DNA of 64,000 nt from Promethearchaeota archaeon (GCA_048938105.1 JBHLMN010000005.1:151318-215317); one strand, 5' to 3'; shown: positions 27,326 through 38,131, counted from the stretch's first letter. Notes: generated by a model not told the origin, from the letters alone. Numbers and translations are program-made.

Positions 27326-30250
27326 ATGTTGGAGCTTCACCCGGATGTCCCAATATCATTAAATCGTTTAGCGGAACTAGCTGAACAGGAGACAAACGAG
27401 TGCGAAGAGAATATTAGGAGATTATTAAGAGAAGGGGAGATAGTAGGGAAATACTTTGAATTCGAACAAGTGTTTATTCTGGGAGAGACAACACTTTATT
27501 GTCAATTTGATGAAAGAAAGTTCTCAACATCAACGCCTCACTATACCTGTTCGTCCTGTGGAAGGCATGTATGCGGTTGGTGTGTTGGAAAACAGCTTAC
27601 AATTGGATTTGTTGTTTGTCCTAACTGCAATACAAAGTTTGATCCGAATCCTATAATTAAATCAATGGAAATGTCTATGGATAATTATAAAAGAAAATAC
27701 GGAGAGGGTCTCGGTTTTATATCGGAGGAAAAATGGAATGAAGCCTCAGAAGTTTTCCAAGAAATACTTGCAGATAACTACAATGATGATTTAGCTTGGT
27801 TCAACCTAGGGTTCGTCTTAAGCGAACGAGATAAGTATAAAGATGCACTTTATTGTTTAAAAAAAGCCAATGAGCTAAGACCAAATAATCTGACAACACT
27901 TCTAAAATGGGGGATAACACTTCATAAAATGGCTCATGTCGAAGAAGCCATTGAAAAGTATCAAGCTGCTGAGAGGGTACGTCCAAATTATCCTCCTACT
28001 CTATTAAAATTGGCGAATGCGCTTACTGAGTTAAAATATACAGAGGAAGCGTTAAAAAAGTGTGAAACTGTTGATAAATTGCAGTTGAACCATCCTAAAA
28101 CTCTCGCAGACTTGGGAGATGCTTATTTAGATTTAAAAAATGTTAAGAAAGCTATAAAGAAATACAAAGCTGCAACCGAACTAGGACACAACCATCCCTC
28201 AACAGTTATGAATTGGGGGAAGGCTCTATATGCCTTAGCTCGTATAGATAAAGCGTTAAAAAAGTTTCAGGAAGCAGATAAATTACAACCAAACCACCCT
28301 GGTATTCTCGTAAACCTTGGAATAGCACTTTATGCCTCAGGTCGTGAAGAGGAAGCTGTACAGAAGTTCCAAGCTGCAAATAAACTACGACCATATCATT
28401 CATTAACGATCTATAACTGGGCTAAAGCGCTCTATAAGTTGGGTCGTTTAGAGGAAGCTATAGGAAAATATCAAGCTATAAACGAACTACAACCTAACAA
28501 TCCCTCAATACTTGTAAATTGGGGTATAGCACTTGATGAATCGGGTCGTTCAGAGGAAGCTATACAAAAATATCAAGCTGCAGACAAACTACGGCCGAAC
28601 CACCCTGATATTCTTATGAACTGGGGGATAGCACTCCGTCAGATAGGTAATTCGGAGGAAGCTATAGAAAAATATCAAGCTGCAGATAATCTAAGACCTA
28701 ACCGCCCTGACACTCTCGTAAACTGGGGTATAGCTCTTAGTAATTTGGGTCGTACAAAAGAAGCCATACGGAAGTATAAAGCTGCATCTAAACTATTTCC
28801 AAGACAACCATTGGCGTTCTATAACTGGGGTTTAATTTTCTATAAGATGGGTCGCCTGAAAGAAGCCATAAAGAAATTCCAAGCTGCAAATAAATTTAAA
28901 TCAAAATTCCCAGAGGTTTTCATAAATTGGGGAAATGTACTTGGGAGCATGGGGCGACCAAAGGAAGCTATAAAGAAATTCCAAACTGCAGATAAATTAC
29001 GACCGAACAACCCCGATATTTTCTATAATTGGGGTAAAATGCTCCAAAGCGCGGGTTTTTTAGAAGAAGCCATACAGAAGTACGGACTTGCATATAAACT
29101 ACGACCAAACCATTCATTGACCCTCATAAATTGGGGTCTTGCACTCGATGAGTTGGGATATTCAAGGGAAGCCATACAGAGGTACCAAGCTGCGGATAAA
29201 GTACAACCAAGAAATCCTGATACTCTCATGAATTGGGGTATAACACTCCGTAGCTTGGGTCGTTCAGAAGAAGCCTTACGGAAGTACCAAGCTGCGGATA
29301 AATTACGACCGAATCACCCTGATACTCTCGTGAATTGGGGTATAGCGCTCCGTAGCTTGGGTCGTTCAGAAGAAGCATTACGGAAGTACCAAGCTGCGGA
29401 TGAATTACGACCGAACCATCCATTAACACTCTCAAATTGGGGTATAGCACTTCGTACTTTAGGCCGTTCTGAAGAAGCATTACAGAAGCACAAAATTGCC
29501 AATGAATTACATCCAGGAAACCCTGACATTATACTGAACTGGGGGATAACGCTTCGTACTTTGGGGCGTACTGAGGAAGCATTACAGAAGTTTCAAGCTG
29601 CAAACAAACAACGGCCGAACCACCCATCAACACTTGTAAACTGGGGGATTGCACTATATGAGTTAGGCCATACAGAAGAAGCATTACGGAAGTTTCAAGT
29701 TGCGGATGAACAACGGCCGAACCACCCACCGACACTTGTAAATTGGGGGATTGTACTCGATGAGTTGGGTCGTTCACAGGGAGCATTACGGAAGTTTAAG
29801 GCCGCAGCTAAAGTGCAACCGAGAAATCCTGATATCCTCGTGAACTGGGGGATTGCACTAGACAAATCAGGATATTCAGAGGAAGCAATACAAAAATACC
29901 AAGCTGCAGACAGAATACAACCGAGAAATCCTGATATTCTCGTGAATTGGGGCATTGCACTCCGTCGTCTTGGTCGTTCCGAGGAGGCCATCCAGAAGTA
30001 CCAAGATGCGAATAAACTACGACCGAATCATTCATTAACGCTATACAACTGGGGTATTGCGCTCCGTAGTATCGGTCATGCGGAGGAGGCCATCCAGAAG
30101 TACCAAGCTGCTTACGAGTTACAACCGGAAAATATGTCGATCCTATATAACTGGGGAAATGCGCTATATGAGGTGGGACATATTGAGGAAGCCATAAAAA
30201 AATGGGTTGCCAGTATAAGAGGTAGTGTGGAGGATCAGAAGCTAAAATAG
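27326..30250 (+). CDS. PCI-like winged helix + RING-like Zn finger + 25 TPR repeats
   Basis: ISLNRLAELA..ECEENIRRLLREGEIVGKY; CQFD-x12-CSSCGRHVCGWC-x11-CPNC; 34-aa repeats PDTLVNWGIAL..LGRSEEA..KYQAAD.LRPNH. Confidence 0.85.
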   Translation: MLELHPDVPISLNRLAELAEQETNECEENIRRLLREGEIVGKYFEFEQVFILGETTLYCQFDERKFSTSTPHYTCSSCGRHVCGWCVGKQLTIGFVVCPNCNTKFDPNPIIKSMEMSMDNYKRKYGEGLGFISEEKWNEASEVFQEILADNYNDDLAWFNLGFVLSERDKYKDALYCLKKANELRPNNLTTLLKWGITLHKMAHVEEAIEKYQAAERVRPNYPPTLLKLANALTELKYTEEALKKCETVDKLQLNHPKTLADLGDAYLDLKNVKKAIKKYKAATELGHNHPSTVMNWGKALYALARIDKALKKFQEADKLQPNHPGILVNLGIALYASGREEEAVQKFQAANKLRPYHSLTIYNWAKALYKLGRLEEAIGKYQAINELQPNNPSILVNWGIALDESGRSEEAIQKYQAADKLRPNHPDILMNWGIALRQIGNSEEAIEKYQAADNLRPNRPDTLVNWGIALSNLGRTKEAIRKYKAASKLFPRQPLAFYNWGLIFYKMGRLKEAIKKFQAANKFKSKFPEVFINWGNVLGSMGRPKEAIKKFQTADKLRPNNPDIFYNWGKMLQSAGFLEEAIQKYGLAYKLRPNHSLTLINWGLALDELGYSREAIQRYQAADKVQPRNPDTLMNWGITLRSLGRSEEALRKYQAADKLRPNHPDTLVNWGIALRSLGRSEEALRKYQAADELRPNHPLTLSNWGIALRTLGRSEEALQKHKIANELHPGNPDIILNWGITLRTLGRTEEALQKFQAANKQRPNHPSTLVNWGIALYELGHTEEALRKFQVADEQRPNHPPTLVNWGIVLDELGRSQGALRKFKAAAKVQPRNPDILVNWGIALDKSGYSEEAIQKYQAADRIQPRNPDILVNWGIALRRLGRSEEAIQKYQDANKLRPNHSLTLYNWGIALRSIGHAEEAIQKYQAAYELQPENMSILYNWGNALYEVGHIEEAIKKWVASIRGSVEDQKLK
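27686..30235 (+). repeat. 102-bp-period TPR-coding tandem repeat
   Basis: 25 units counted in the translation; neighbouring units around 29228-29431 are highly similar at DNA level. Confidence 0.9.
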
Positions 30251-30303
30251 TAGCTATATGATAGATCATACCTTGAATCATTATTGCAATCTACTATTAG
30301 GTA

Positions 30304-33297
30304 TCATAATATATCTGATAAGGTCTGTCTTGTTTTTATCAAGATAACAATGATATTAGATAGAATTATTCCAAATATAATACTCAGATCTGAAGATGGG
30401 AAAATTATCAGGCCTCCTATATTGGTTGATTGAAATAATTCTATTTGTGTCATCATCAGGATCCCCATCATCGAACCCAAAAAACTAGCAAATACGCTCA
30501 TGATAACTAATTGAACAGATATCATTATATAAATTTGCATCAAGGATCCTCCTAACCTTTTTATGGATTGTAAGCTCCTGTAGTTCATTATAATTGGATA
30601 TGAAATTACAGAAGAAACATTCAACAGGGATAATGCTGCTATTATGAGTACTAATGCTATCAGTGAAGTTTTTGCTACTTCTAACGCCCCACCTAGGAAA
30701 CTTTCCATATAGTCTGTAGATTCTACTACATCAATATTAGTTCTACCTCTTCGATTCACTGAAGAAGCTAAATCATAATTAATTTCAGTTGGCATCTTTA
30801 AAGTTAATGAAATTGATTTTTTCTCTTCTGCGAAACTTATTAACACTGTTTCATAAACAGTATTTCTAATTAATGCTGTTACAGAGTAATTTCCCCACGG
30901 TAGATCTAAAAATGTAATAGTAGCATTTTGGGTTGTTATACCTGTTCTTGAAATATTAAACAGGATGTTTTGAATGACTATTCTTGCTCCTACTATTCTT
31001 CTGCCTTCTGAAGACATAACCTTTAGAATCAATTTACCTGTAAGATCTAAAGTTTCCCCTACAATGTAGACTTGACTTTCCATAAATGATACATTAAATT
31101 CTCGTTTGAAATCAAAATGTTCAATTGAAATAGAATAATTCCCTAAAGGGATTGTTACTACTGATTTTCCTGATGTGTTGGTAGTAAATTTTTTAAAAAT
31201 GCTTCCATTATAAAAGATTGTAACATTAGTTCCTTCAATAGGAATATTACTTGAAGTTCTAAATAGAAATTTCAATTTTACATCTCCTAAAGGGATGTTC
31301 ACAAATGTTGTCTCTTGAGAAATTTCAATTTCCTTATGCCACTTATAATGGTTATATGTAGCATTAAGATAGTAATTTCCAGAATTGTTTAATAAGAATC
31401 TGACAATCCCATCATCATTTGTAAAAGATGTGTTTATGATCTCACTATCATTGTAAAGGTCTATTTTACAATTGCTTAAGCCATTTAATTCAAGAGTTTC
31501 TATTGTACCGTTGTATGCTCTGATTTCCACCCAATAGATCTCGGTTTGATTTGGTGATAGGAATTTTAAAGGTATTATTGTTGAAGAATCAAAAAAAATT
31601 GTTGTAGAAATAGAATTATTATTCTGTGGATTTTCAGCAGTTACCATATAATTGAATCCAGTTTCTAGCTCAAAAATTACTTTACTTTGGCTATTAGTCT
31701 TCATATAGTCGATCAGGACACCTTTAGAATAAATTGAAACATTCACATTTTCAATAACTTCCCCCTTATAACCAAGGACGTTGATTTCTAATTTTCCCTT
31801 TCCAATGTAAATTTGATTACTGGTATTAGCAGAAATTGTTTGATTCCATGATCTTACTTTCTCTCCTATCGAATAATTAACCAAATAAATTCCAGGTTCA
31901 TCTATATACAATATCTCTTTACTATCATATTGGAGCCAGGTGAGATTATTCGTTGGATATAGTAACTGAGTCGGATTGCTCGAATTTATGAGCTGTATTT
32001 TACCTCCATCAATCTCTTCCTCAGTTGTAGCATTCAAAACTTCTATTTGTAAAAAGTTTTTTAACTCAACATTGATTGTATCGTCATTACTAATTCTAAA
32101 GCGAGTTTTAATATCACTATTGCTCTCAATGCTGTTATGATTCACTTCAAACCTCTCCAATAATCCCTTATAAAGCACAGTGACAGAGTAATAACTGGTG
32201 ATTAAATTATAAAATGTGACAATACCATCTGATTGTGTTACTCCTGTGTATATCATATCTGGATGAAATTTTTCTCGAAGTGTTACCCTTGCATTTATTG
32301 CTGGGTGATTATTATATGTTACATTGATTTTTAAGTCTTTTCTTGTTTTTCCAACCCATAGAGTCACTGGAGAGGGTAATGGTTGATATATAAAAACCTC
32401 AACGGGAGAACTCTGTTGTATGTTTTTTGAATCCGCAATTAACCGATAGCTTCCAAAAGAGAGTTGTAAAGTACCTGTACCATCGGAGCTCAAGTCTGTT
32501 GTTAGAAGTAACTCACCTGCTAAGCTATACACAAGGACATAAACGTTATTGAAATTTTCAATAAAATCATGAGATCGCACAATAATTGGAACTTCATACT
32601 CTCCTTTTACTATTGTTTTTAACTGTGATTTTGTGACTACTGATGGATCTACCTTGACTCTTATAAACGAAACAAAATCGGATAAAATGCCTTTTAATGC
32701 CTGTGCTGTAGCTAAAGGAAGAATTAATTCAGTATCCATTGGTGAATCAGTTGTAATTATTCCCTCAATCGTCACTGTAACAGTCATTGGTGTTAAAGTG
32801 CTTACTAATGTTAATCTCGACCCAATTGCCAGTTCATGTTCTTCTGCAAGGGATTTTCCTGCTACTGCTCCAAGGGTTATACTCATGTTTGAGTCACTCG
32901 AGAGTTGATCAAACCATTCTCCTTCCAGATTTATTTGTTGAGTAATATCTAAGAACTTTGATGTTATTCCCCTAACAATTATTGCACTCTCATCCAAATT
33001 CTGAACGATTACAGCTGTTAAAACTTCTGCGCTAATGATTTCTACACCCTCCAACTTTTCAACATCATACACAAATGAAAGAGGAACCGTTCCAGTCATA
33101 GGTGTGGTTGTTCCTGATGGTGTAATAACTAAAATATCTTCTTCTTCTCCCAAAAAAAAATCTTCAGGTTTTATTCCTATGACGAAAGAACCAACTGCTG
33201 CCGAAGTAAATGAAATAAATAATATTGCGATTATAAATAAATTAAGATCTTTTTGTGAAAGAATTCGTACTTTCGCTAAAGTGATTCTATTGAACAA
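30304..33297 (-). CDS. FtsX/MacB-family ABC permease with very large extracellular region of beta-sandwich (carboxypeptidase-regulatory-like) repeats
   Basis: N-terminal TM + MacB-type core (IIVRGI..VAGKSLAEEHELAIGSRL); repeats I.GA.V.I....TN..G...F..L..GNY; C-terminal KRLGGS + TMs. Confidence 0.75.
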   Translation of the reverse strand: MFNRITLAKVRILSQKDLNLFIIAILFISFTSAAVGSFVIGIKPEDFFLGEEEDILVITPSGTTTPMTGTVPLSFVYDVEKLEGVEIISAEVLTAVIVQNLDESAIIVRGITSKFLDITQQINLEGEWFDQLSSDSNMSITLGAVAGKSLAEEHELAIGSRLTLVSTLTPMTVTVTIEGIITTDSPMDTELILPLATAQALKGILSDFVSFIRVKVDPSVVTKSQLKTIVKGEYEVPIIVRSHDFIENFNNVYVLVYSLAGELLLTTDLSSDGTGTLQLSFGSYRLIADSKNIQQSSPVEVFIYQPLPSPVTLWVGKTRKDLKINVTYNNHPAINARVTLREKFHPDMIYTGVTQSDGIVTFYNLITSYYSVTVLYKGLLERFEVNHNSIESNSDIKTRFRISNDDTINVELKNFLQIEVLNATTEEEIDGGKIQLINSSNPTQLLYPTNNLTWLQYDSKEILYIDEPGIYLVNYSIGEKVRSWNQTISANTSNQIYIGKGKLEINVLGYKGEVIENVNVSIYSKGVLIDYMKTNSQSKVIFELETGFNYMVTAENPQNNNSISTTIFFDSSTIIPLKFLSPNQTEIYWVEIRAYNGTIETLELNGLSNCKIDLYNDSEIINTSFTNDDGIVRFLLNNSGNYYLNATYNHYKWHKEIEISQETTFVNIPLGDVKLKFLFRTSSNIPIEGTNVTIFYNGSIFKKFTTNTSGKSVVTIPLGNYSISIEHFDFKREFNVSFMESQVYIVGETLDLTGKLILKVMSSEGRRIVGARIVIQNILFNISRTGITTQNATITFLDLPWGNYSVTALIRNTVYETVLISFAEEKKSISLTLKMPTEINYDLASSVNRRGRTNIDVVESTDYMESFLGGALEVAKTSLIALVLIIAALSLLNVSSVISYPIIMNYRSLQSIKRLGGSLMQIYIMISVQLVIMSVFASFLGSMMGILMMTQIELFQSTNIGGLIIFPSSDLSIIFGIILSNIIVILIKTRQTLSDIL

Positions 33298-33318
33298 TTT
33301 GACATTCTTTTCCCTTTA

Positions 33319-34491
33319 TCACTTTTCTTTAATAAGCATTGATATTTTTGAAGGAGATGTTCTGCTGATTTTAAGACTGGGAATTATAGTAGCACCTGTT
33401 GTTATGATCATTGATAAAATCCACAATGGAGCAATAATACTTATTGGTGCCAGCGTCACTACGAACCTCACGTTTAGGACTGCTGTTAAAATCGACAAAA
33501 CCATTGGTGGTAATATAATTCCTATTAAAACTCCCATAAAAAATCCAATATTCCCGACTATCAGACCTAAGAGGATCATTAGTAGCAAAAGTCGTTCTCT
33601 CGACAAACCTATTGCTCTCATGATAAGAAACGTTCTCTCATAGGTAATTACAAACCAAGTGATATTATGATATAATCTTATCATAACTAGGACAAATAAA
33701 AATATGTACAATAACTCTAATTTGGCTAAGATTTCTTTGAAAATGGTATTTGTATAAATCTCAGGCTGTTGTTCTTTCCAAACCAGAATATCTTTGTAGT
33801 TGTTTCCCAGTAGATCTGATAATATTTTCTCAAAATCTACTAAGGATATTGATTCTTTTACCTTAATTTTCACTTCACTAAATCCTAAATCTGTTTCTGA
33901 TTCTCCAATGATTGTCTTGAAGTCATTAATATGAACCATTATTGTCTGTTGAAGCTCTGCCACACCAGTTATTGTACCGACTATTTTACACGCCCCTGAC
34001 TGGTTCTCCGTGAGTAATGTGTAAGTTATATTTGATGTAAAATACCCACGTATGTCAGCTCCCTGAATACACTCTATAGGTGTTTGATTTGAGTGTGGTA
34101 CATATCCTTCCAACATATATACCCAAGAATAAAACGAAGTTAATGTTGTTAAATTTGTACCAATCAATTCTGTTTGTAACAATTTTCCATTTGCAGAGAA
34201 ATTTGCCCGTGTTTTAACAACGGGTAATACAGATTCAAAATCACCAAGATACAGTGTTTCAATGATATCATTCGTGATTTTATTTTCAGAATCTATCATT
34301 CTCATGGAAAACTGAAAACTCGGAGTGCTTTGTGCAGTTATTTCATAGATTGAGGTAGAAACGCCAGTTATGATTCCAGATACTGTAATAACTATAGTTA
34401 CTATCAATGCAAAACCTATTATGGAATGTATGGAGTGTTTAGCACTTCTTCCAATTAATCTTAGACATAATGTTGTTAATTGCCCAAACAT
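33319..34491 (-). CDS. FtsX-like ABC permease
   Basis: One TM, extracellular domain, then ERTFLIMRAIGLSR + 3 TMs. Confidence 0.8.
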   Translation of the reverse strand: MFGQLTTLCLRLIGRSAKHSIHSIIGFALIVTIVITVSGIITGVSTSIYEITAQSTPSFQFSMRMIDSENKITNDIIETLYLGDFESVLPVVKTRANFSANGKLLQTELIGTNLTTLTSFYSWVYMLEGYVPHSNQTPIECIQGADIRGYFTSNITYTLLTENQSGACKIVGTITGVAELQQTIMVHINDFKTIIGESETDLGFSEVKIKVKESISLVDFEKILSDLLGNNYKDILVWKEQQPEIYTNTIFKEILAKLELLYIFLFVLVMIRLYHNITWFVITYERTFLIMRAIGLSRERLLLLMILLGLIVGNIGFFMGVLIGIILPPMVLSILTAVLNVRFVVTLAPISIIAPLWILSMIITTGATIIPSLKISRTSPSKISMLIKEK

Positions 34492-34724
34492 TTCAGTAGA
34501 GTTTCCAAATATGGTCTATCATTATATTTCCGATTTATCAATATAAATTGATATGTTATATTAGAAAAGTAATCCTTAGATTCTCTATTAAAACAATAAC
34601 ATTAAATATATCAAAAATGATTTCTATCTTTCGATAAAATGATATTAATTTTAAGAAAAGCAAAAGCATAGGAATTGAGGGAGTATCAATTAAAGTTCAG
34701 AAAATTTTAGTGTTTCAAGAATTT

Positions 34725-37094
34725 TCAAATGATTTCATACATTTGATATTTTTCATTCTGATATATCAAGCTAAAGTAAGTTTTATTAGTTAAAGATCGG
34801 AAAAAGTATGATTTTGACCAAATATCTTCTTGAAATGCTTCAAAATTCTTGTTCTGGTGATATGGTATAACAATACGTTGGAAAGGAACTTCAAAGTCAA
34901 ATGGAGAAGGAAGATGTTCATCAGGATGTTTTAATATATAGACTAGGTAACTAAGATTTTTAGAACTATAAAACTGATTTCCCAGTAAATCACTTTGATA
35001 ATAGAAATCTAAAACAGGGTGTAGAGTAAAATACTGCAATCCTGTCGTTTTTACGGTCAGAAAAGCCCCTTGGAAGTCTTTATCCTGAAGACTTTTAGTT
35101 ACTATAGCCTGATAATAGTGATCATATTCATCCACTAATGTACTTTGAAAGGTTTCAATATCTCCATTGCTTTGTAACCAAACATAACTTTGTAAGGTAA
35201 TAGGCAGGATCAGCACTATTGAAAAAATAATTACTGTTAAACCAGATCTTATTTTAGAAAAAGTTTCAAAATTTCTTGTTGGTGTTACTAGAAATTTAAA
35301 CACAAATCCTATCAACGCGACCCAAATCATTGCAAAGATCAACACTTGTACAAATGCAAGTTCTGTGTGTGAATAGTAGAAGAAGGCTAATTGATTATAG
35401 GTCATTTCAGTGATATCTTGGGAGATTTCAACGTTAAGGACTGAATCAAAGATATATGATACTAAGAAGGGAATATAATAATAAAAATTAATGCAACCAA
35501 AAAATAATAATGAAATTCGAGGTAATTTTGAATCGGTTGGAATCTTGAAGTGGTTAATTAAAGTATAAAAACCCTGTACTATTAAAATAGCCAAAGGAAC
35601 ATAAATTGGACTAAGGAATCCGATAGGTTCTTGAAGGTAGTAGGTTATCCAGATCATGTAGTAAAAGATTACCCATATCGAAAAAGTAGTCGTTTCTTTT
35701 GTCTGAATCAAGCCAATAACCTTTAGTAGAATCCACGGTAGACAAACACCAATTCCTAAGAAGATATAAAGACTAGCTGACCAAAAATTGACTATGTGCA
35801 TCTTTTCCAAGGATAGGTCTAAGCTAAAAATTTGGAAACCATTGAACTCCCAAATCAATGAATCAAATACTCTGAAGTAGGAATCATACAAGTTGTTGAG
35901 AAAATCACCTGATTTAGTAATTCGATCAATTATCCAAACACTACCAAGGATCATACTTCCAATGAAGAATACTATTAATGAACTAACAGATGTTTCATGC
36001 TCTCTATAGGGTCTTTTAATAATATGATAGGCAATTAAACCCGCGAAACACAAAATTATCAATCCTAAACCAATGAAAACGTGTGTTATTGCTCGGGCCA
36101 TCAAAAAAACTGATAAAATTATTAATAACATAATCTGGATGATTTTACCTCGCTTTTGAGTTGGTAAGACAAGAATTATGATTAGATATAGTGCCCAAGC
36201 GTTAATCTGACTCAATAAAGACAAAACCATACTTAAACTCCCAATAAAAGTATACAACTTTGTATATTCAGTTTGTTGGTTGATTCCTTTCCAAATAAAG
36301 TAAAAGGATACACCAAAGAAGTAACAGATGTATAAATCTTGATAAAATGCCCAATAAGACATGGTCCAATAAACAACTGGTAATACTAAAAATACTAACA
36401 TAACTAGTTGCCCTTTAATTTTTTCTCCCCACACCTCCATAGAAAGATCATATCCGAGAAATGAGGATCCTATCAAAAACAGTAATGGAAACATTTGATA
36501 AGCTCGCTCATTACTAACATAATAAGAAAATGTAAAAAGTAGTGTGTTAAGTGGAGCTTTTTCTATTTGTGTGTAAGACAAATAATTGATATCAGTGATT
36601 TTATTGGCAAAATAAAAAATTTCAGCCTCGGGTAAGTAATAATTAAGAGCATCTAAGCCACGGAGTGGAAGAATGAATTGTAATGAAAAATACTCAAAGA
36701 TCAATAAAAGGAAAAGCAAGATTTCCCAAGTTATCGTCTTTTTTATTGATATCAAGTTGAAGTTTTCAAGATTCAGAATAAAGGATCTCATTAGATGATA
36801 TACTACATAAAGAGAAAGAGTCATTAGAATACCGTAACACAAGTAGATATAATTTTCGAAAAATAATGAAATCACGACTAATCTCTCAATAATAACAAAG
36901 CTAAATACTCCATCAGGTTGAATACCAATAAGGATCCAAGGTACTATTAAAATAAAAGTTCCAACTATCAATGAAAAATGAAAAATTTCAGTGGGTCGAA
37001 ATGACCAATGGAATCGACGATTCAATAATAAAAAACAACCAAAACCTCCACCTAGGATAGCTATGATAGAATAAACTGACTGAATTGGCATCAT
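34725..37094 (-). CDS. Large polytopic membrane protein, GT-C (PMT/ArnT-like) glycosyltransferase candidate
   Basis: Many TMs; external loop PLRGLDALNYYLPEA..KAPL; soluble C-terminal domain; glycan-locus context. Confidence 0.55.
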   Translation of the reverse strand: MMPIQSVYSIIAILGGGFGCFLLLNRRFHWSFRPTEIFHFSLIVGTFILIVPWILIGIQPDGVFSFVIIERLVVISLFFENYIYLCYGILMTLSLYVVYHLMRSFILNLENFNLISIKKTITWEILLFLLLIFEYFSLQFILPLRGLDALNYYLPEAEIFYFANKITDINYLSYTQIEKAPLNTLLFTFSYYVSNERAYQMFPLLFLIGSSFLGYDLSMEVWGEKIKGQLVMLVFLVLPVVYWTMSYWAFYQDLYICYFFGVSFYFIWKGINQQTEYTKLYTFIGSLSMVLSLLSQINAWALYLIIILVLPTQKRGKIIQIMLLIILSVFLMARAITHVFIGLGLIILCFAGLIAYHIIKRPYREHETSVSSLIVFFIGSMILGSVWIIDRITKSGDFLNNLYDSYFRVFDSLIWEFNGFQIFSLDLSLEKMHIVNFWSASLYIFLGIGVCLPWILLKVIGLIQTKETTTFSIWVIFYYMIWITYYLQEPIGFLSPIYVPLAILIVQGFYTLINHFKIPTDSKLPRISLLFFGCINFYYYIPFLVSYIFDSVLNVEISQDITEMTYNQLAFFYYSHTELAFVQVLIFAMIWVALIGFVFKFLVTPTRNFETFSKIRSGLTVIIFSIVLILPITLQSYVWLQSNGDIETFQSTLVDEYDHYYQAIVTKSLQDKDFQGAFLTVKTTGLQYFTLHPVLDFYYQSDLLGNQFYSSKNLSYLVYILKHPDEHLPSPFDFEVPFQRIVIPYHQNKNFEAFQEDIWSKSYFFRSLTNKTYFSLIYQNEKYQMYEII

Positions 37095-37123
37095 TAATTT
37101 TCACTTAAATTCATTCTACATTC

Positions 37124-38131
37124 TTACATGTCACACTTATGACAGAAGGGTAATTTCTCAAATAACTTTTCTTTATGTATTTTCTTGATAACTAATAACC
37201 GTTTGTTATTCCAGATTTCTCTTATTGATTGTTCATTCAAGTTACCTAGGATCCAGTCTCCATCTACATCCTGACAGCATACAGTTACATCTCCATTCCA
37301 GAAAACTGTCATTATTTGCCAAAGATGTAAGCAAGTTTGAGTTCTAAGCTGAATGTTATTCCTTTTTTGTTTATATTTTGAAAAAGATTCAGAGATTACA
37401 CCACTCACTCTTACATGATCCACATATTTACGCCATTTATTGACATATTTCTCTTCTTCATGTGCATTTTCAGGTAGAATGTAGAAATTTGTTTCAATGA
37501 CTGGTCCATTCCATTTCATTTTTCTCCGTAAGGCTAGAAAGGTGAGAATATTCTTCACTATTCTATCAAAGTTACTTCGTTTCATAACTGTTTCATGAAC
37601 TTCTTTAGAATGCCCAAAAATTGAAAAAGAGAAATGATCAGCATTGTTAACTCCAGAACTAAGGATAGCTTTAATTTTCTCTTTGTTAAATGGCATACCA
37701 TTGGTTGAAATTAAAATCCCAAGTTTTTTTGATTTAATATAACTGATCATCTCAACTATATGAGGATGGAGCAACGGTTCACCATGAAGAAATAGATGTA
37801 TTCTCATCACTCCAATCCGAGCCGCGTCGTCAATAATCTTGCGAAATAGCTTAATATCCATATATCCCCTCGATCTTGAACTTCTCAAAGAGGGACAACA
37901 AATACAAGTAACATTACAATGGTTTGTTGGTTCTATCTGAAGAGCTGGAGGTCCAGTCTGGTACTTATCGAGTCTTCCAGTCAATCGTGGCAGTACAAAT
38001 TCCACTTTTCGAAAAAAGATACGTAGGTCTTTGAATGATTTTATAAACTTTAACTCCTCTATTGCATATCGAAGAACATTGCTTTTTGAGCGTTTATATG
38101 GCCTACCTTTTATCCTGCTTAAAAGCTTCAA
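37124..38131 (-). CDS. Radical SAM protein with SPASM/twitch domain
   Basis: CNVTCICC, HGEPLLHP, STNG; C..LW..V.WNGDVTVCCQD..LGN..IREIW..CHKC. Confidence 0.9.
   Translation of the reverse strand: MKLLSRIKGRPYKRSKSNVLRYAIEELKFIKSFKDLRIFFRKVEFVLPRLTGRLDKYQTGPPALQIEPTNHCNVTCICCPSLRSSRSRGYMDIKLFRKIIDDAARIGVMRIHLFLHGEPLLHPHIVEMISYIKSKKLGILISTNGMPFNKEKIKAILSSGVNNADHFSFSIFGHSKEVHETVMKRSNFDRIVKNILTFLALRRKMKWNGPVIETNFYILPENAHEEEKYVNKWRKYVDHVRVSGVISESFSKYKQKRNNIQLRTQTCLHLWQIMTVFWNGDVTVCCQDVDGDWILGNLNEQSIREIWNNKRLLVIKKIHKEKLFEKLPFCHKCDM

Noticed and set aside
27686-30235. Regular DNA repeats as a CRISPR array or DGR template/variable pair
   Set aside because: The period is 102 bp, fully in frame and TPR-coding; there are no unique spacers, no reverse transcriptase or cas genes, and the differences are not adenine-specific
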